From Candidatus Saccharimonadota bacterium (GTDB taxonomy: Bacteria; Patescibacteriota; Gracilibacteria; UBA4473): a DNA stretch of 32,000 nt. The translations under genes and the position numbers were made by a program. Numbering within the stretch: the first letter of the stretch is position 1; each line of letters begins with the position of its first letter. Positions 1-7,554 of the stretch are shown here, piece after piece. The notes under the pieces are model-generated. The model had not been told where the DNA came from and searched no databases. It saw only the letters and a program-made list of their open reading frames with translations. The DNA is taken from assembly GCA_030429505.1 (NCBI GenBank), contig JAUIFI010000001.1:210001-242000 (forward strand). The letters are read 5' to 3'.

Positions 1-1
1 A

Positions 2-457
2 CAAGAGTTTGGGAAGGATGTTATACCTCAGGCAAATGAAGCAGTAGAGCAGAAGACAGAGGCTGTGGTTCAGGCTGTTGAAGCCGTTGAAAAAAGTATT
101 GCTGAGGATATTCCTGCTACATCGGGACAAACTCAAAAGATTGCAACAAAGCAAGGATTTTTGACTCAATTTTCACAAAATATTACCAACCTTTTATCCT
201 CTAATAAAGCTCATACACAGAAAATTCCAGATAGAGCAACACAAGAAAAAAGAATCAAACACACCCTAGAGAAGGAACAAAGCAAGCTTATCAAGCAAAT
301 GAAGAAACTAGAAAACAGCAGAAATTATTCAGCAAATAAACTAGAGACTCTTATTGCTCACATCAGACAACTCCAAAAAACGATAAAAGAACTTTTCTAT
401 CTAGCTATAGAACAACTAGAAGGCTTGTATCGAAAAGTCGTTCTCAAACAAGGATGA
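2..457 (+). CDS. Hypothetical protein, 3' fragment whose frame is open to the window start; Lys/Gln/Glu-rich, probably coiled coil
   Basis: The frame of the listed ORF 65..457 stays open back to position 2 (QEFGKDVIPQANEAVEQKTEAV...), so the GTG at 65 is probably not the true start. The C-terminal part is heptad-like and charged (KEQSKLIKQMKKLENS...LQKTIKEL). It ends with TGA at 455-457. Confidence 0.5.
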   Translation, partial: QEFGKDVIPQANEAVEQKTEAVVQAVEAVEKSIAEDIPATSGQTQKIATKQGFLTQFSQNITNLLSSNKAHTQKIPDRATQEKRIKHTLEKEQSKLIKQMKKLENSRNYSANKLETLIAHIRQLQKTIKELFYLAIEQLEGLYRKVVLKQG

Positions 458-489
458 ATTCAAAGAGAACAAGAAGATAAAAAATAAAT

Positions 490-518
490 TTGACAAGAAA
501 TTATTTTTTATTTAAAAG
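490..518 (+). promoter_or_regulatory. Candidate sigma70-like promoter (TTGACA-17 bp-TAAAAG) upstream of secreted paralog A
   Basis: Perfect -35 TTGACA at 490-495. After a 17-bp AT-rich spacer there is a weak -10, TAAAAG, at 513-518. The TTG used as the ORF-track start at 490 is part of this -35 hexamer. Confidence 0.3.
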
Positions 519-600
519 AGTAATTGAAAAAACAAAGAAAAACATAAAAGCCGATTCTCTCAAAGAATCATGGCTTTTCTATCTACATTATTATTTTTCA

Positions 601-1560
601 ATGCAAAAAATACTCGCCTGCATCTTCGGACTCATTTTTATCGGGTCATCCACCTACGTCTTCACTTCAGAAGCTCACAATAGATCATATGCCCAGTGGC
701 ACAATGATCACAGAAAGTATCATCAGCGCCCAATTCGAGGTTTCTCTAATCGTGTTGCAGCTTTTAAATATAGACAGCCTAGCCTTCATCGATTGAAATA
801 TCATAATTTAGATTACTCACATCCCTCCAGAAGACATGATGCATTTTCACATGATTCATACCGAACACGAACTATCAACTATCGAGTACTCAAAGAATTG
901 AACAGACTTCGTAATCCCCAATTCTATCCACGAAATGAAAATAGATTCCATACCGGACGAATTGTTGTTCGAAATGGTGATTATCGAGAAGCTTCTATTT
1001 TCCCATTCAGAACACTTGAAGTATATGATCGTGCAAATATTGGAATACGAAATCGAACACAAAATAGAATTGTCGGACATACTCCACCAATAAGAAAAGA
1101 GTATAAATATGACGTGCGAAGACACCTTTACACCGTACCATACGGATTCTATAAGACAAATGATGGTACGTACCGGAGTAAAAGTTCATCCTTGGCATTT
1201 CGAATTGTTCAAACTCCAACTCGCTACAGTTGTGTACAAACAAGCTTTGAAGCCTGCGCTATTGACCTCTCTAAAGAATTTCAAGACAGCCAGAATCTAG
1301 TGTACACCTCTCGAGTTGACAGAAAGATTCGATCAAATCAAACAGTACAAGGTTCGTTCCTCAGAGTTCCAACTGTTACCGAAAGTTTTCACGCGACTGG
1401 TTTTGGAAAAAATAATGCTTATTTCATCCTCAATGCTTTTAATCCAGAAAATGGATCTGTGATTCGTATTGAAGCTGTAGCTAATCACAAAGAAACACGC
1501 CAAGCAGCTCAAATTATGTATAAAGTATTTGAAAGTTTTCGCTTTCAGCTCGCTTCCTAA
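601..1560 (+). CDS. Secreted protein, paralog A: signal peptide, Arg/His/Tyr-rich low-complexity region, and a C-terminal globular domain with a conserved Cys pair
   Basis: The ATG at 601 gives MQKILACIFGLIFIGSSTYVFTSEA, a typical signal peptide; the 37-codon extension from TTG 490 is not signal-like. About 150 residues are rich in R/H/Y/N. The C-terminal domain carries C-x7-C (CVQTSFEACAIDLS, nt 1231-1272) and ends ...VFESFRF, both shared with the next gene. Confidence 0.75.
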   Translation: MQKILACIFGLIFIGSSTYVFTSEAHNRSYAQWHNDHRKYHQRPIRGFSNRVAAFKYRQPSLHRLKYHNLDYSHPSRRHDAFSHDSYRTRTINYRVLKELNRLRNPQFYPRNENRFHTGRIVVRNGDYREASIFPFRTLEVYDRANIGIRNRTQNRIVGHTPPIRKEYKYDVRRHLYTVPYGFYKTNDGTYRSKSSSLAFRIVQTPTRYSCVQTSFEACAIDLSKEFQDSQNLVYTSRVDRKIRSNQTVQGSFLRVPTVTESFHATGFGKNNAYFILNAFNPENGSVIRIEAVANHKETRQAAQIMYKVFESFRFQLAS

Positions 1561-1574
1561 GTTTGTAAAATTTC

Positions 1575-2444
1575 ATGAAAAAAATATTCATACTCGCCTT
1601 CAGTTTCTTTTTTATAACCACCAGCGTTATTTCTCTCGGGAGTGCTTCTAGAGATGCCTACCACAGCTATATGATGCAACAAGCGCGAGAAAACTTGTCT
1701 CAAACGCAAGAAAATTACAACTTCTTTACCGAACGCAGAAGACCAATGAAAGAAAAAACATCAGAAAGACAAAGAAGAGCTTTTCAAGTAAGAAGAAACA
1801 GTCGTCAACTTATGCCAACCAGTAAAAATCAAATAAGAAAAATTTCTTTAAGAAGTACACAAGAGCGAAGGAGTATGAGTCTTCGAAAAAATAGATGGCA
1901 ACAGCCACTTCAGGTCAGACCAGGTCTCATCATTAAACGCATGGAAAGCGCCGTACAAACTTTTCAAACCTACGAAAACGAAACCTTTTCTATTCAAATT
2001 CCCCAAGGATGGTTTTCCTCTCCAGATACCCCACATTTCTTTGAATCACAAAATTCAGACTTCACCGTCTCAATAAAAAGAACAAATGACACCTGTCCAA
2101 CAACTGGATTTGATGCGTGCGCCATCAGTCTTTCATTGACAGAGAACCGACTTGATAATAGACAACGGGAAATTGCAGTCACGAGCAAAATATCGCGACA
2201 ATCAGGCTTTGCAGACACGATTCTAGGAAACATAGATATTCAAACGAGAATCTTTATGGAAGGCTTTTCCGGCAATATTCTAGGACAAGAAAAATACATT
2301 GCTCGTTACTTTGTCTCTGACTTGAAAAACAGAGTTTATATTATCGAAACACAAATACCACTTAGACAAGCACCCCAATTCCTTGAAGTCACAAAACAAA
2401 TCTTTGATTCTTTTAGAATCTTTGACCAAGACACAGAACTCTAA
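1575..2444 (+). CDS. Secreted protein, paralog B: signal peptide, Arg/Lys/Gln-rich region, and a C-terminal Cys-pair domain
   Basis: MKKIFILAFSFFFITTSVISLGSA is a signal peptide. A strongly basic tract follows (ERRRPMKEKTSERQRRAFQVRRNSRQL...). The C-terminal domain has FSIQIPQGW, CPTTGFDACAISLS (nt 2094-2135) and ...IFDSFRIF, which align with paralog A. Confidence 0.75.
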   Translation: MKKIFILAFSFFFITTSVISLGSASRDAYHSYMMQQARENLSQTQENYNFFTERRRPMKEKTSERQRRAFQVRRNSRQLMPTSKNQIRKISLRSTQERRSMSLRKNRWQQPLQVRPGLIIKRMESAVQTFQTYENETFSIQIPQGWFSSPDTPHFFESQNSDFTVSIKRTNDTCPTTGFDACAISLSLTENRLDNRQREIAVTSKISRQSGFADTILGNIDIQTRIFMEGFSGNILGQEKYIARYFVSDLKNRVYIIETQIPLRQAPQFLEVTKQIFDSFRIFDQDTEL

Positions 2445-2464
2445 ACTTGTAAAAAGACTAAACG

Positions 2465-2497
2465 AAAAAAGCTCCTCGTCCATCTGGAGCTTTTTTT
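2465..2497 (+). terminator. Rho-independent terminator after paralog B; A-tract/T-tract symmetry allows bidirectional use
   Basis: aaaaaAGCTCC-tcgtccatct-GGAGCTtttttt: a 6-bp GC-containing stem followed by a T7 run at 2491-2497, about 20 nt after the stop at 2444. Confidence 0.6.
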
Positions 2498-2602
2498 AAA
2501 AAACGGTCACAGAAAATAAACAAATACAGTTATTTATATCAGAAAGCTTTCTACTACACATTTAGAAAAATTTCTTTATAATACTCACGTACATTTTACT
2601 CT

Positions 2603-4465
2603 ATGAAAAATTACACCAAAATAGTTATCGGCACATTCCTTGTGACTCTTCTATGGGGGAGTTTTGATCAAGTATCAGCTCAATCAAATCTTGGCGGTTG
2701 GTCATACTGGAAAAACTGGATTCGTTCACATTATTCTCCTTCTTACAGACGCACAGACAATCCTGTGGTCAGAGAAAGGTACTTGCAGAGTCGAAGACAA
2801 TGGCCGTACTCTCGGGTTGAACGACCAGAACAAAGTACATATTTCTCAGAAAATACTAGACGAATTCGTTTTAGCCCTACCAGAAACACAGAACCTCAAA
2901 ATTTAGCTTCACAATACGAAAAACTTCAAAATACATTTTACTCATCTAATCGTGACTTGGTTGTATCAGCTATCCCTACTACTCGGAATCAACCTGTCAC
3001 GATTATCGATAATACCGTAATCCCTGTATTTGAAATAGGAGTAAATAATAGAGCCCAAACGTCTCAGTCTCAATTCAGAGAAGCTATATTACTTCGAACC
3101 ATGACCTTTCAAATGGTAACTAATTCTGGTATCGCTCAAAATCCTGAAAATTTTGATCTTGTCATCAATGGAGACCAAACATTTTCATTTGAGAGCAATG
3201 GAAGCGTCACTATTGATTTTCTCAATGCAAGAATCGCTCAAGGAGAAGACCTTTCCTTCTCGGTAGGTCTCAAAGTTAACGATCCAGAGAGTACTCCAAA
3301 CCAACGAGGGGCGTTAAAACTACGAATAGTACGAGCCTCTGGCGTCACAGAAATCAGAGAAACTGACGTCAATCCATTTTTATCTGGATCTACTATTTCT
3401 CCTTTCATAACTTTTGAACCTACGATTCAAACCACCGGGACGCCAGTTTTATCGAGCCAGACTACGAGGCGGATTTTGGGAGAAAACTTATCAGCTGGTG
3501 AAAAAGCATACGTTCTAGGAGTAGATCTATCAGCTCATTTTGATGATATGGTCGTCGAAGAAGTAACCGTTCGAGATATCTTAGGAAATAATATCGATGC
3601 CAGTACCAGAGGAATAACTGCCCTTGATGGACAAACTGGAACCGTTCTTGGGAGCGCTTTCTTTTCAGGCGGACAAGCCCATATAAAATTTTTCCGAAAT
3701 CTGGAAATTCCACGAGAGACCGATCGAAGCATTATCTTTCAGATCCAAGTTGCTAGTCGGGTTCCTGACGGAAATAATCAGTTTAAACTCGATATTCAAC
3801 CCGCTGACTTAATCGTAACTAGTTTAAGCAATGGACGAGAAGTCCCAGACGCCAATAAAAACTTTTCCATAGATGCAGAAACATTTCAGATTGTCCAATC
3901 TGGAGGATCAATTGGAATATTTCCCTCTTCACAACCAAATGGATTCGCTGTAATCCCATCGACCCATACACAAGTATATAGGCTCAGTATTGCCAACCCC
4001 AGCCAACAAAATATTTCACTTGGACGAATTTCACTTGATGTTGCCTTGGAAGGATTAGATTTTCCTAGTGGCAGATCAGCAGATGACTTCGATCTCAGGG
4101 AGATCCAAGGAAGCCGAGAAATAAGCGGAACCCAGTTTATTCCAACGTTAGGTGCGGGAAATACTGTGAGATTCGATGCCAGTAATGAAATTCCTATTCC
4201 ACGAAATTCAAATGTGGAATTTGTTCTCAAACTTCGTATGGAAGATGTGCCTGGAAGTAACCCAGGATCAGATGCCGTATCAGTTCGTGTTTTGGGAGAT
4301 AATACTTTTGGGAAAGATACCCTCACAGGATTGAGGTTATCAGGAAAAAATTTCATCTGGTCTGACCGTTCTGCCCAGCCTCATACTACTACATCTTCTG
4401 ATTGGTTGTCCGGTTATCTCGTGCAAGGATTACCGAGTAATACCGTCGTAATTCGTAGGCAGTAA
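2603..4465 (+). CDS. Large secreted protein (620 aa): signal peptide, Arg/Tyr/Trp-rich linker, then about three beta-rich (Ig/sandwich-like) modules
   Basis: MKNYTKIVIGTFLVTLLWGSFDQVSAQS is a signal peptide. Residues ~30-100 are R/Y/S/P-rich (SYRRTDNPVVRERYLQSRRQWPYSRVERPE...). The rest shows alternating-polarity beta patterns that recur three times, e.g. NFDLVINGDQTFSFESNGSVTIDF, IIFQIQVASRVP and VEFVLKLRMEDVP. I recognised no enzyme motif. Confidence 0.8.
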   Translation: MKNYTKIVIGTFLVTLLWGSFDQVSAQSNLGGWSYWKNWIRSHYSPSYRRTDNPVVRERYLQSRRQWPYSRVERPEQSTYFSENTRRIRFSPTRNTEPQNLASQYEKLQNTFYSSNRDLVVSAIPTTRNQPVTIIDNTVIPVFEIGVNNRAQTSQSQFREAILLRTMTFQMVTNSGIAQNPENFDLVINGDQTFSFESNGSVTIDFLNARIAQGEDLSFSVGLKVNDPESTPNQRGALKLRIVRASGVTEIRETDVNPFLSGSTISPFITFEPTIQTTGTPVLSSQTTRRILGENLSAGEKAYVLGVDLSAHFDDMVVEEVTVRDILGNNIDASTRGITALDGQTGTVLGSAFFSGGQAHIKFFRNLEIPRETDRSIIFQIQVASRVPDGNNQFKLDIQPADLIVTSLSNGREVPDANKNFSIDAETFQIVQSGGSIGIFPSSQPNGFAVIPSTHTQVYRLSIANPSQQNISLGRISLDVALEGLDFPSGRSADDFDLREIQGSREISGTQFIPTLGAGNTVRFDASNEIPIPRNSNVEFVLKLRMEDVPGSNPGSDAVSVRVLGDNTFGKDTLTGLRLSGKNFIWSDRSAQPHTTTSSDWLSGYLVQGLPSNTVVIRRQ

Positions 4466-4479
4466 ATACTTTTTACGCT

Positions 4480-4542
4480 CCCTCTTTGAGGGGATAAATT
4501 ACCAGAAGAATACACACATCCTAACCTACCCCCAAAAGGGGG
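4480..4542 (+). other. Two short GC-only hairpins (CCCTC-ttt-GAGGG and CCCCC-aaaa-GGGGG) downstream of the 620-aa gene
   Basis: The stems are at 4480-4492 and 4529-4542. They are conspicuous GC islands in AT-rich DNA. Neither is followed by a T-run, so they are not canonical terminators. Confidence 0.4.
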
Positions 4543-4565
4543 ATGAAAGCTCTTTCTGGGAAATA

Positions 4566-4596
4566 TTGATAAAAAAATACTTCCTTATGTTATAAT
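4566..4596 (+). promoter_or_regulatory. Promoter with an extended -10 (TGT-TATAAT) upstream of the small membrane protein gene
   Basis: TTGATA at 4566-4571, TGT at 4588-4590 and a perfect TATAAT at 4591-4596. The spacer is 19 bp, which is long, but an extended -10 lessens the need for a -35. This implies a ~100-nt leader before ATG 4707. Confidence 0.55.
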
Positions 4597-4706
4597 GAAG
4601 CGGCAGGGTGCGTGGGAAGTTTATCTCATTCTCAATGTTCTTTGAGCTGACCATCCAGTTCCAGATAGCCTTCATTATTGAAAGAACTAGAATAGGAGAA
4701 AAGACT

Positions 4707-4952
4707 ATGCTTAGGTCAAAGCTTATATCAATACTTGATTCAATGTTTGGGTCAATAAGAGTAAATCAATGGATTTGCCTTATTGCGGGATTATCTTTCG
4801 TTAATATGTCTTTTTTAGACTTCCGTACTTCTTGGGGAGGTATACTTGGAATAGTATTCATGGGAATAGGATACATACTTGCGATTTCTGCTACTTTCTT
4901 GATCTGGGAACTGTTCAAAAGGAAAACTGGATGTTCCCATGGAAACGGTTAA
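4707..4952 (+). CDS. Small membrane protein (81 aa, 2 predicted TM helices)
   Basis: The ATG at 4707 is preceded by AGGAGA at ~4694-4699. Hydrophobic segments are WICLIAGLSFV and GGILGIVFMGIGYILAISATFLIW. A strong terminator follows. The upstream GTG at 4608 lies only ~12 nt after the -10 element and is unlikely to be the start. Confidence 0.6.
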   Translation: MLRSKLISILDSMFGSIRVNQWICLIAGLSFVNMSFLDFRTSWGGILGIVFMGIGYILAISATFLIWELFKRKTGCSHGNG

Positions 4953-4964
4953 GAACAAAACAGC

Positions 4965-5001
4965 AAACAGCAGCGAGAGGTAAAACTCGTTGCTGTTTTT
5001 A
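4965..5001 (+). terminator. Rho-independent terminator, possibly shared with the convergent minus-strand gene
   Basis: AAACAGCAGCGAG-aggtaaaa-CTCGTTGCTGTTT forms a 13-bp stem with one G.U pair, followed by a T-run to 5001. The reverse strand also leaves a T-rich tail. Confidence 0.8.
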
Positions 5002-5120
5002 TTATAAAAACAAGGCTTCTTCCTCAGAGATCCTTCGTTCCTCAGTCTCGCTGTACAGCGGGGTCGGGATATCAAAAACGGAAGAGGAGGGATAGATATC
5101 TGTTCCTGTGCTTTTTTATC

Positions 5121-6239
5121 TTATCGCCGTTCTAAAAACTCACAGAAACCTAAAATTTCCTGTTTTTGAACTTTTTTCTTGAGTGACTGGACTGTATCTC
5201 CTTTCTCCACCAAAACTTTCCTTTGTAGAACCGCTTCTCCAGCATCAATCTGAGCGGTTATCCTATGAATCGTACAACCAGTATACCGCTCTTCATATTC
5301 CAAAACTTTTTGATGAACTTCTGTGTCAGCTAGCCCTGCAAATTTCGGCAGTAAAGATGGATAGACATTTAAAGTCGTTGTTCCAAATTGTTCACAATAC
5401 AAAGGCGAAAGAATCCGCATCCATCCCAAAAGAAGGACGAAATCAGGATTATGCTCCCGTAAAATATTAATCAACGCTCGATCATACTCTTCCTGACTTT
5501 CTCCATCTCTCGGTTCAACTACTTCAATATTAGTAATACCGGCTTTTTTAGCTTTTTCCAATGCCTCACAATCAGGCTTATCTGTTACAAAGACCGTAAA
5601 TTCAACATTTGGAATTCGACCACGTTTCTGTGCATCCAGTAATCCCTGAAATGTCGTTCCAGCTTGAGAAGCAAAGACGGCAATACGTTTTTTTGAAGGG
5701 GCTGAAGGGAGGAGTGACTGAAGCGTCGTCACAAGTTTTTTCGCTTCAAGAGAACTATCTCCTTTGAGATCAGGAGTAAGCTCTATCTCGGCAATCGCCT
5801 GATAAATGCCCTTTCGTTGTTGCCACATCTGATCAATTTCTTGTGCGAGAGATAGAGAAGGATTAATCCTCATTCGCTTTTTTTCTTTTTCACTTCCAAG
5901 AAGAAATGAACGAACATCTTTAAAATCAGGGTTGAGCCAAGCAAAAGTACCTGTTTTTTTCAAATTTTGTAGATTTTTGGAATTTTCAATAGTACCGTCA
6001 CCAGTAGATAAGATTCCGGAAAAATTACGACAAAGATCATGCGCGACTCTTTGTTCTATTTCTCGAAACACCTGCCAGCCGTGTTTCTCAACAAAATCAA
6101 GTAAAGGTTCTTCAATCAGAAACTCAATTTCTTCATCGATATCAGCAAAAGGAAGATTATTAAGGTGTGCAAGTGCTCTCCCAAAATGAGATTTCCCTGA
6201 TCCTCTAAATCCTATCAAAACGATATTTGATTTCTTCAC
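5121..6239 (-). CDS. Fusion protein: N-terminal shikimate-kinase-like P-loop kinase domain plus C-terminal PurN-like (GAR) formyltransferase domain with an atypical active site
   Basis: N-terminus: IVLIGFRGSGKSHFGRALA (Walker A), FADIDEEIE and STGDG, matching the AroK layout. C-terminus: RIAVFASQAGTTFQGLLDA, DFVLLLGWMRILSP, LNVYPSLLPKFAG and GCTIHRITAQIDAGEAVLQ, which align with E. coli PurN (VVVLAGFMRILSP, LNIHPSLLPKYPG, VHFVTDELDGGPVILQ). The PurN His108 position is Tyr here. Confidence 0.8.
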   Translation of the reverse strand: MKKSNIVLIGFRGSGKSHFGRALAHLNNLPFADIDEEIEFLIEEPLLDFVEKHGWQVFREIEQRVAHDLCRNFSGILSTGDGTIENSKNLQNLKKTGTFAWLNPDFKDVRSFLLGSEKEKKRMRINPSLSLAQEIDQMWQQRKGIYQAIAEIELTPDLKGDSSLEAKKLVTTLQSLLPSAPSKKRIAVFASQAGTTFQGLLDAQKRGRIPNVEFTVFVTDKPDCEALEKAKKAGITNIEVVEPRDGESQEEYDRALINILREHNPDFVLLLGWMRILSPLYCEQFGTTTLNVYPSLLPKFAGLADTEVHQKVLEYEERYTGCTIHRITAQIDAGEAVLQRKVLVEKGDTVQSLKKKVQKQEILGFCEFLERR

Positions 6240-6323
6240 CCTTCGCTTGTATCATAATCCACGTCTAAAATCAAGTATTCTCTTCAGCTTTTCAAAAAAT
6301 AATAAAGATATAAAAATAAAGAC

Positions 6324-7535
6324 ATGAAAGGAAAAATTTTCAGCATCATCACACTTCTATGCATCTCTATTCCGACAACCTTTGCCTTTGAATTCGAAGA
6401 CAAAGACGACATTCCTCAGTGGGCACAACACGCGGTAGAACATGTTCGAGATGAGAATATAATGAAAGGTTTTGGTGATAGAACCTTCCGCCCTAAAAAA
6501 GCTCTTAATCGAGCTGAAGCAGTTACTCTACTCCTGAGAGCCAAAAATCTTGAATATGATGAAATACCGGTTCAAGACGCATTCGTAGATGTTCCAAAAG
6601 ATGCTTGGTTTGCCAAGCCAATATCCAAAGCTATTGAACAAGGATGGATAGAAGGTTTTTCAGATGAAACATTTCGACCAGGTCAATTAGTCAATAAGGC
6701 AGAATTTGCTACACTCATTAAAAGAGCATATAGCCTAGAGAGAGAAGAAAATCCTGGGTTTTTAGATGTTCCTTCTAAAGTATGGTTTGCTAAGCCTGTA
6801 TTTTCACTTGCAGCAAATGATTTAATTCGAAACTTATCGAGAAACTTTTTTCCAAGTGAGGCTATGACTCGAGATGAAACCGCTTGGATTATTTCAGAAA
6901 TACTTCGTAAACCAAGACTTACTGGTACTTCCAAAATCAATGAATTTGAAGGACGAAATCAGAGAAGCTCTCGAGAGATAGCTATCAAACCAAAAAATTT
7001 TAATCCTAATAAACAAGGATATGATATTGAGCGTAAAGTTCTTCTTTTCACATCCGTACGTGAAGATCAGTCATTATCAATTACGCGAACAGATGATTGG
7101 ACCAATGTGGGAAAAATAAGAATACAAAACAAACTAGAAGATAAAGCTCAAATTCATGCAATTGATTTAAAACTTCGTTTTGAAAACACAAGTATTGGTC
7201 CAGTTTCAAACTTTATTGTTCGATTAAAAGGAAATCAGGGCTTTCTTCATGAGATTCCAGTTACCACTACCGGTAGTATTTTCTTAAGTGGTATAGACGT
7301 GACTGTAGAGCCGCAGGGTGAAATATTTTGGGACGTAGATCTCAAGCCTATAAGCGAGCAAATTTTCTTTGGTGATAGCGGAGAAGGGAGCGTATCTCTT
7401 TTTCAAGCAAATGCGTCTATGGTGGGTAGTGCCAAAGCAAATACGGAAAGAGTATATAGTGGATTTCGAATTGCTCCAGTATCATTTGAAGATGGTCTCA
7501 GAAAGCTTACTCCCTTTATTTTTTCCCCTCAATAA
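6324..7535 (+). CDS. S-layer homology (SLH) domain protein 1: signal peptide, three SLH repeats and a beta-rich C-terminal domain
   Basis: MKGKIFSIITLLCISIPTTFA is a signal peptide. The three SLH-like repeats are FEDKDDIPQWAQHAVEHVRDENIMKGFGDRTFRPKKALNRAEAVTLL, FVDVPKDAWFAKPISKAIEQGWIEGFSDETFRPGQLVNKAEFATLI and FLDVPSKVWFAKPVFSLAAN...MTRDETAWII. Confidence 0.85.
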   Translation: MKGKIFSIITLLCISIPTTFAFEFEDKDDIPQWAQHAVEHVRDENIMKGFGDRTFRPKKALNRAEAVTLLLRAKNLEYDEIPVQDAFVDVPKDAWFAKPISKAIEQGWIEGFSDETFRPGQLVNKAEFATLIKRAYSLEREENPGFLDVPSKVWFAKPVFSLAANDLIRNLSRNFFPSEAMTRDETAWIISEILRKPRLTGTSKINEFEGRNQRSSREIAIKPKNFNPNKQGYDIERKVLLFTSVREDQSLSITRTDDWTNVGKIRIQNKLEDKAQIHAIDLKLRFENTSIGPVSNFIVRLKGNQGFLHEIPVTTTGSIFLSGIDVTVEPQGEIFWDVDLKPISEQIFFGDSGEGSVSLFQANASMVGSAKANTERVYSGFRIAPVSFEDGLRKLTPFIFSPQ

Positions 7536-7554
7536 AACCATACAACCGAACAGG

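Noticed and set aside
490-600. The TTG start at 490 extending paralog A by 37 codons; likewise TTG 19410 for SLH protein 2, GTG 4608 for the small membrane protein, TTG 27753 for tilS, and the start at 15614 for the second cassette gene
   Set aside because: In each case an internal ATG gives a canonical signal peptide, an SD, or a tight junction with the upstream stop. The extension overlaps promoter elements or the upstream gene and adds non-signal-like residues.
856-4356. Antisense or overlapping ORFs inside the three surface-protein genes (856..1125-, 1007..1243-, 1109..1300+, 1848..2036-, 1994..2233-, 2280..2483-, 2664..2906+, 3462..3713-, 3535..3732-, 3886..4356-)
   Set aside because: All are fully nested in longer ORFs that have signal peptides and paralog support. 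Their translations are Cys/Trp/Arg/Ser-rich or low-complexity with no start context. They are typical shadow ORFs.
4421-4465. The C-terminus of the 620-aa protein (..QGLPSNTVVIRRQ) as a possible sortase sorting signal
   Set aside because: LPSNT resembles LPXTG only loosely (there is no Gly). It is followed by just 3 hydrophobic residues and RRQ, not a membrane-spanning helix plus a basic tail.
4600-4706. The leader of the small membrane-protein gene as a known riboswitch (fluoride, guanidine or similar)
   Set aside because: I could not find the conserved cores of those classes by eye. It is retained only as an unclassified long leader in the findings.
4815-5095. ORFs 4815..5075 (-) and 4832..5095 (+) in the region after the small membrane-protein gene
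   Set aside because: Both read straight through the strong terminator hairpin at 4965-5001 and through palindromic sequence (CGCTGTACAGCG at ~5049-5060). No start context and implausible composition.
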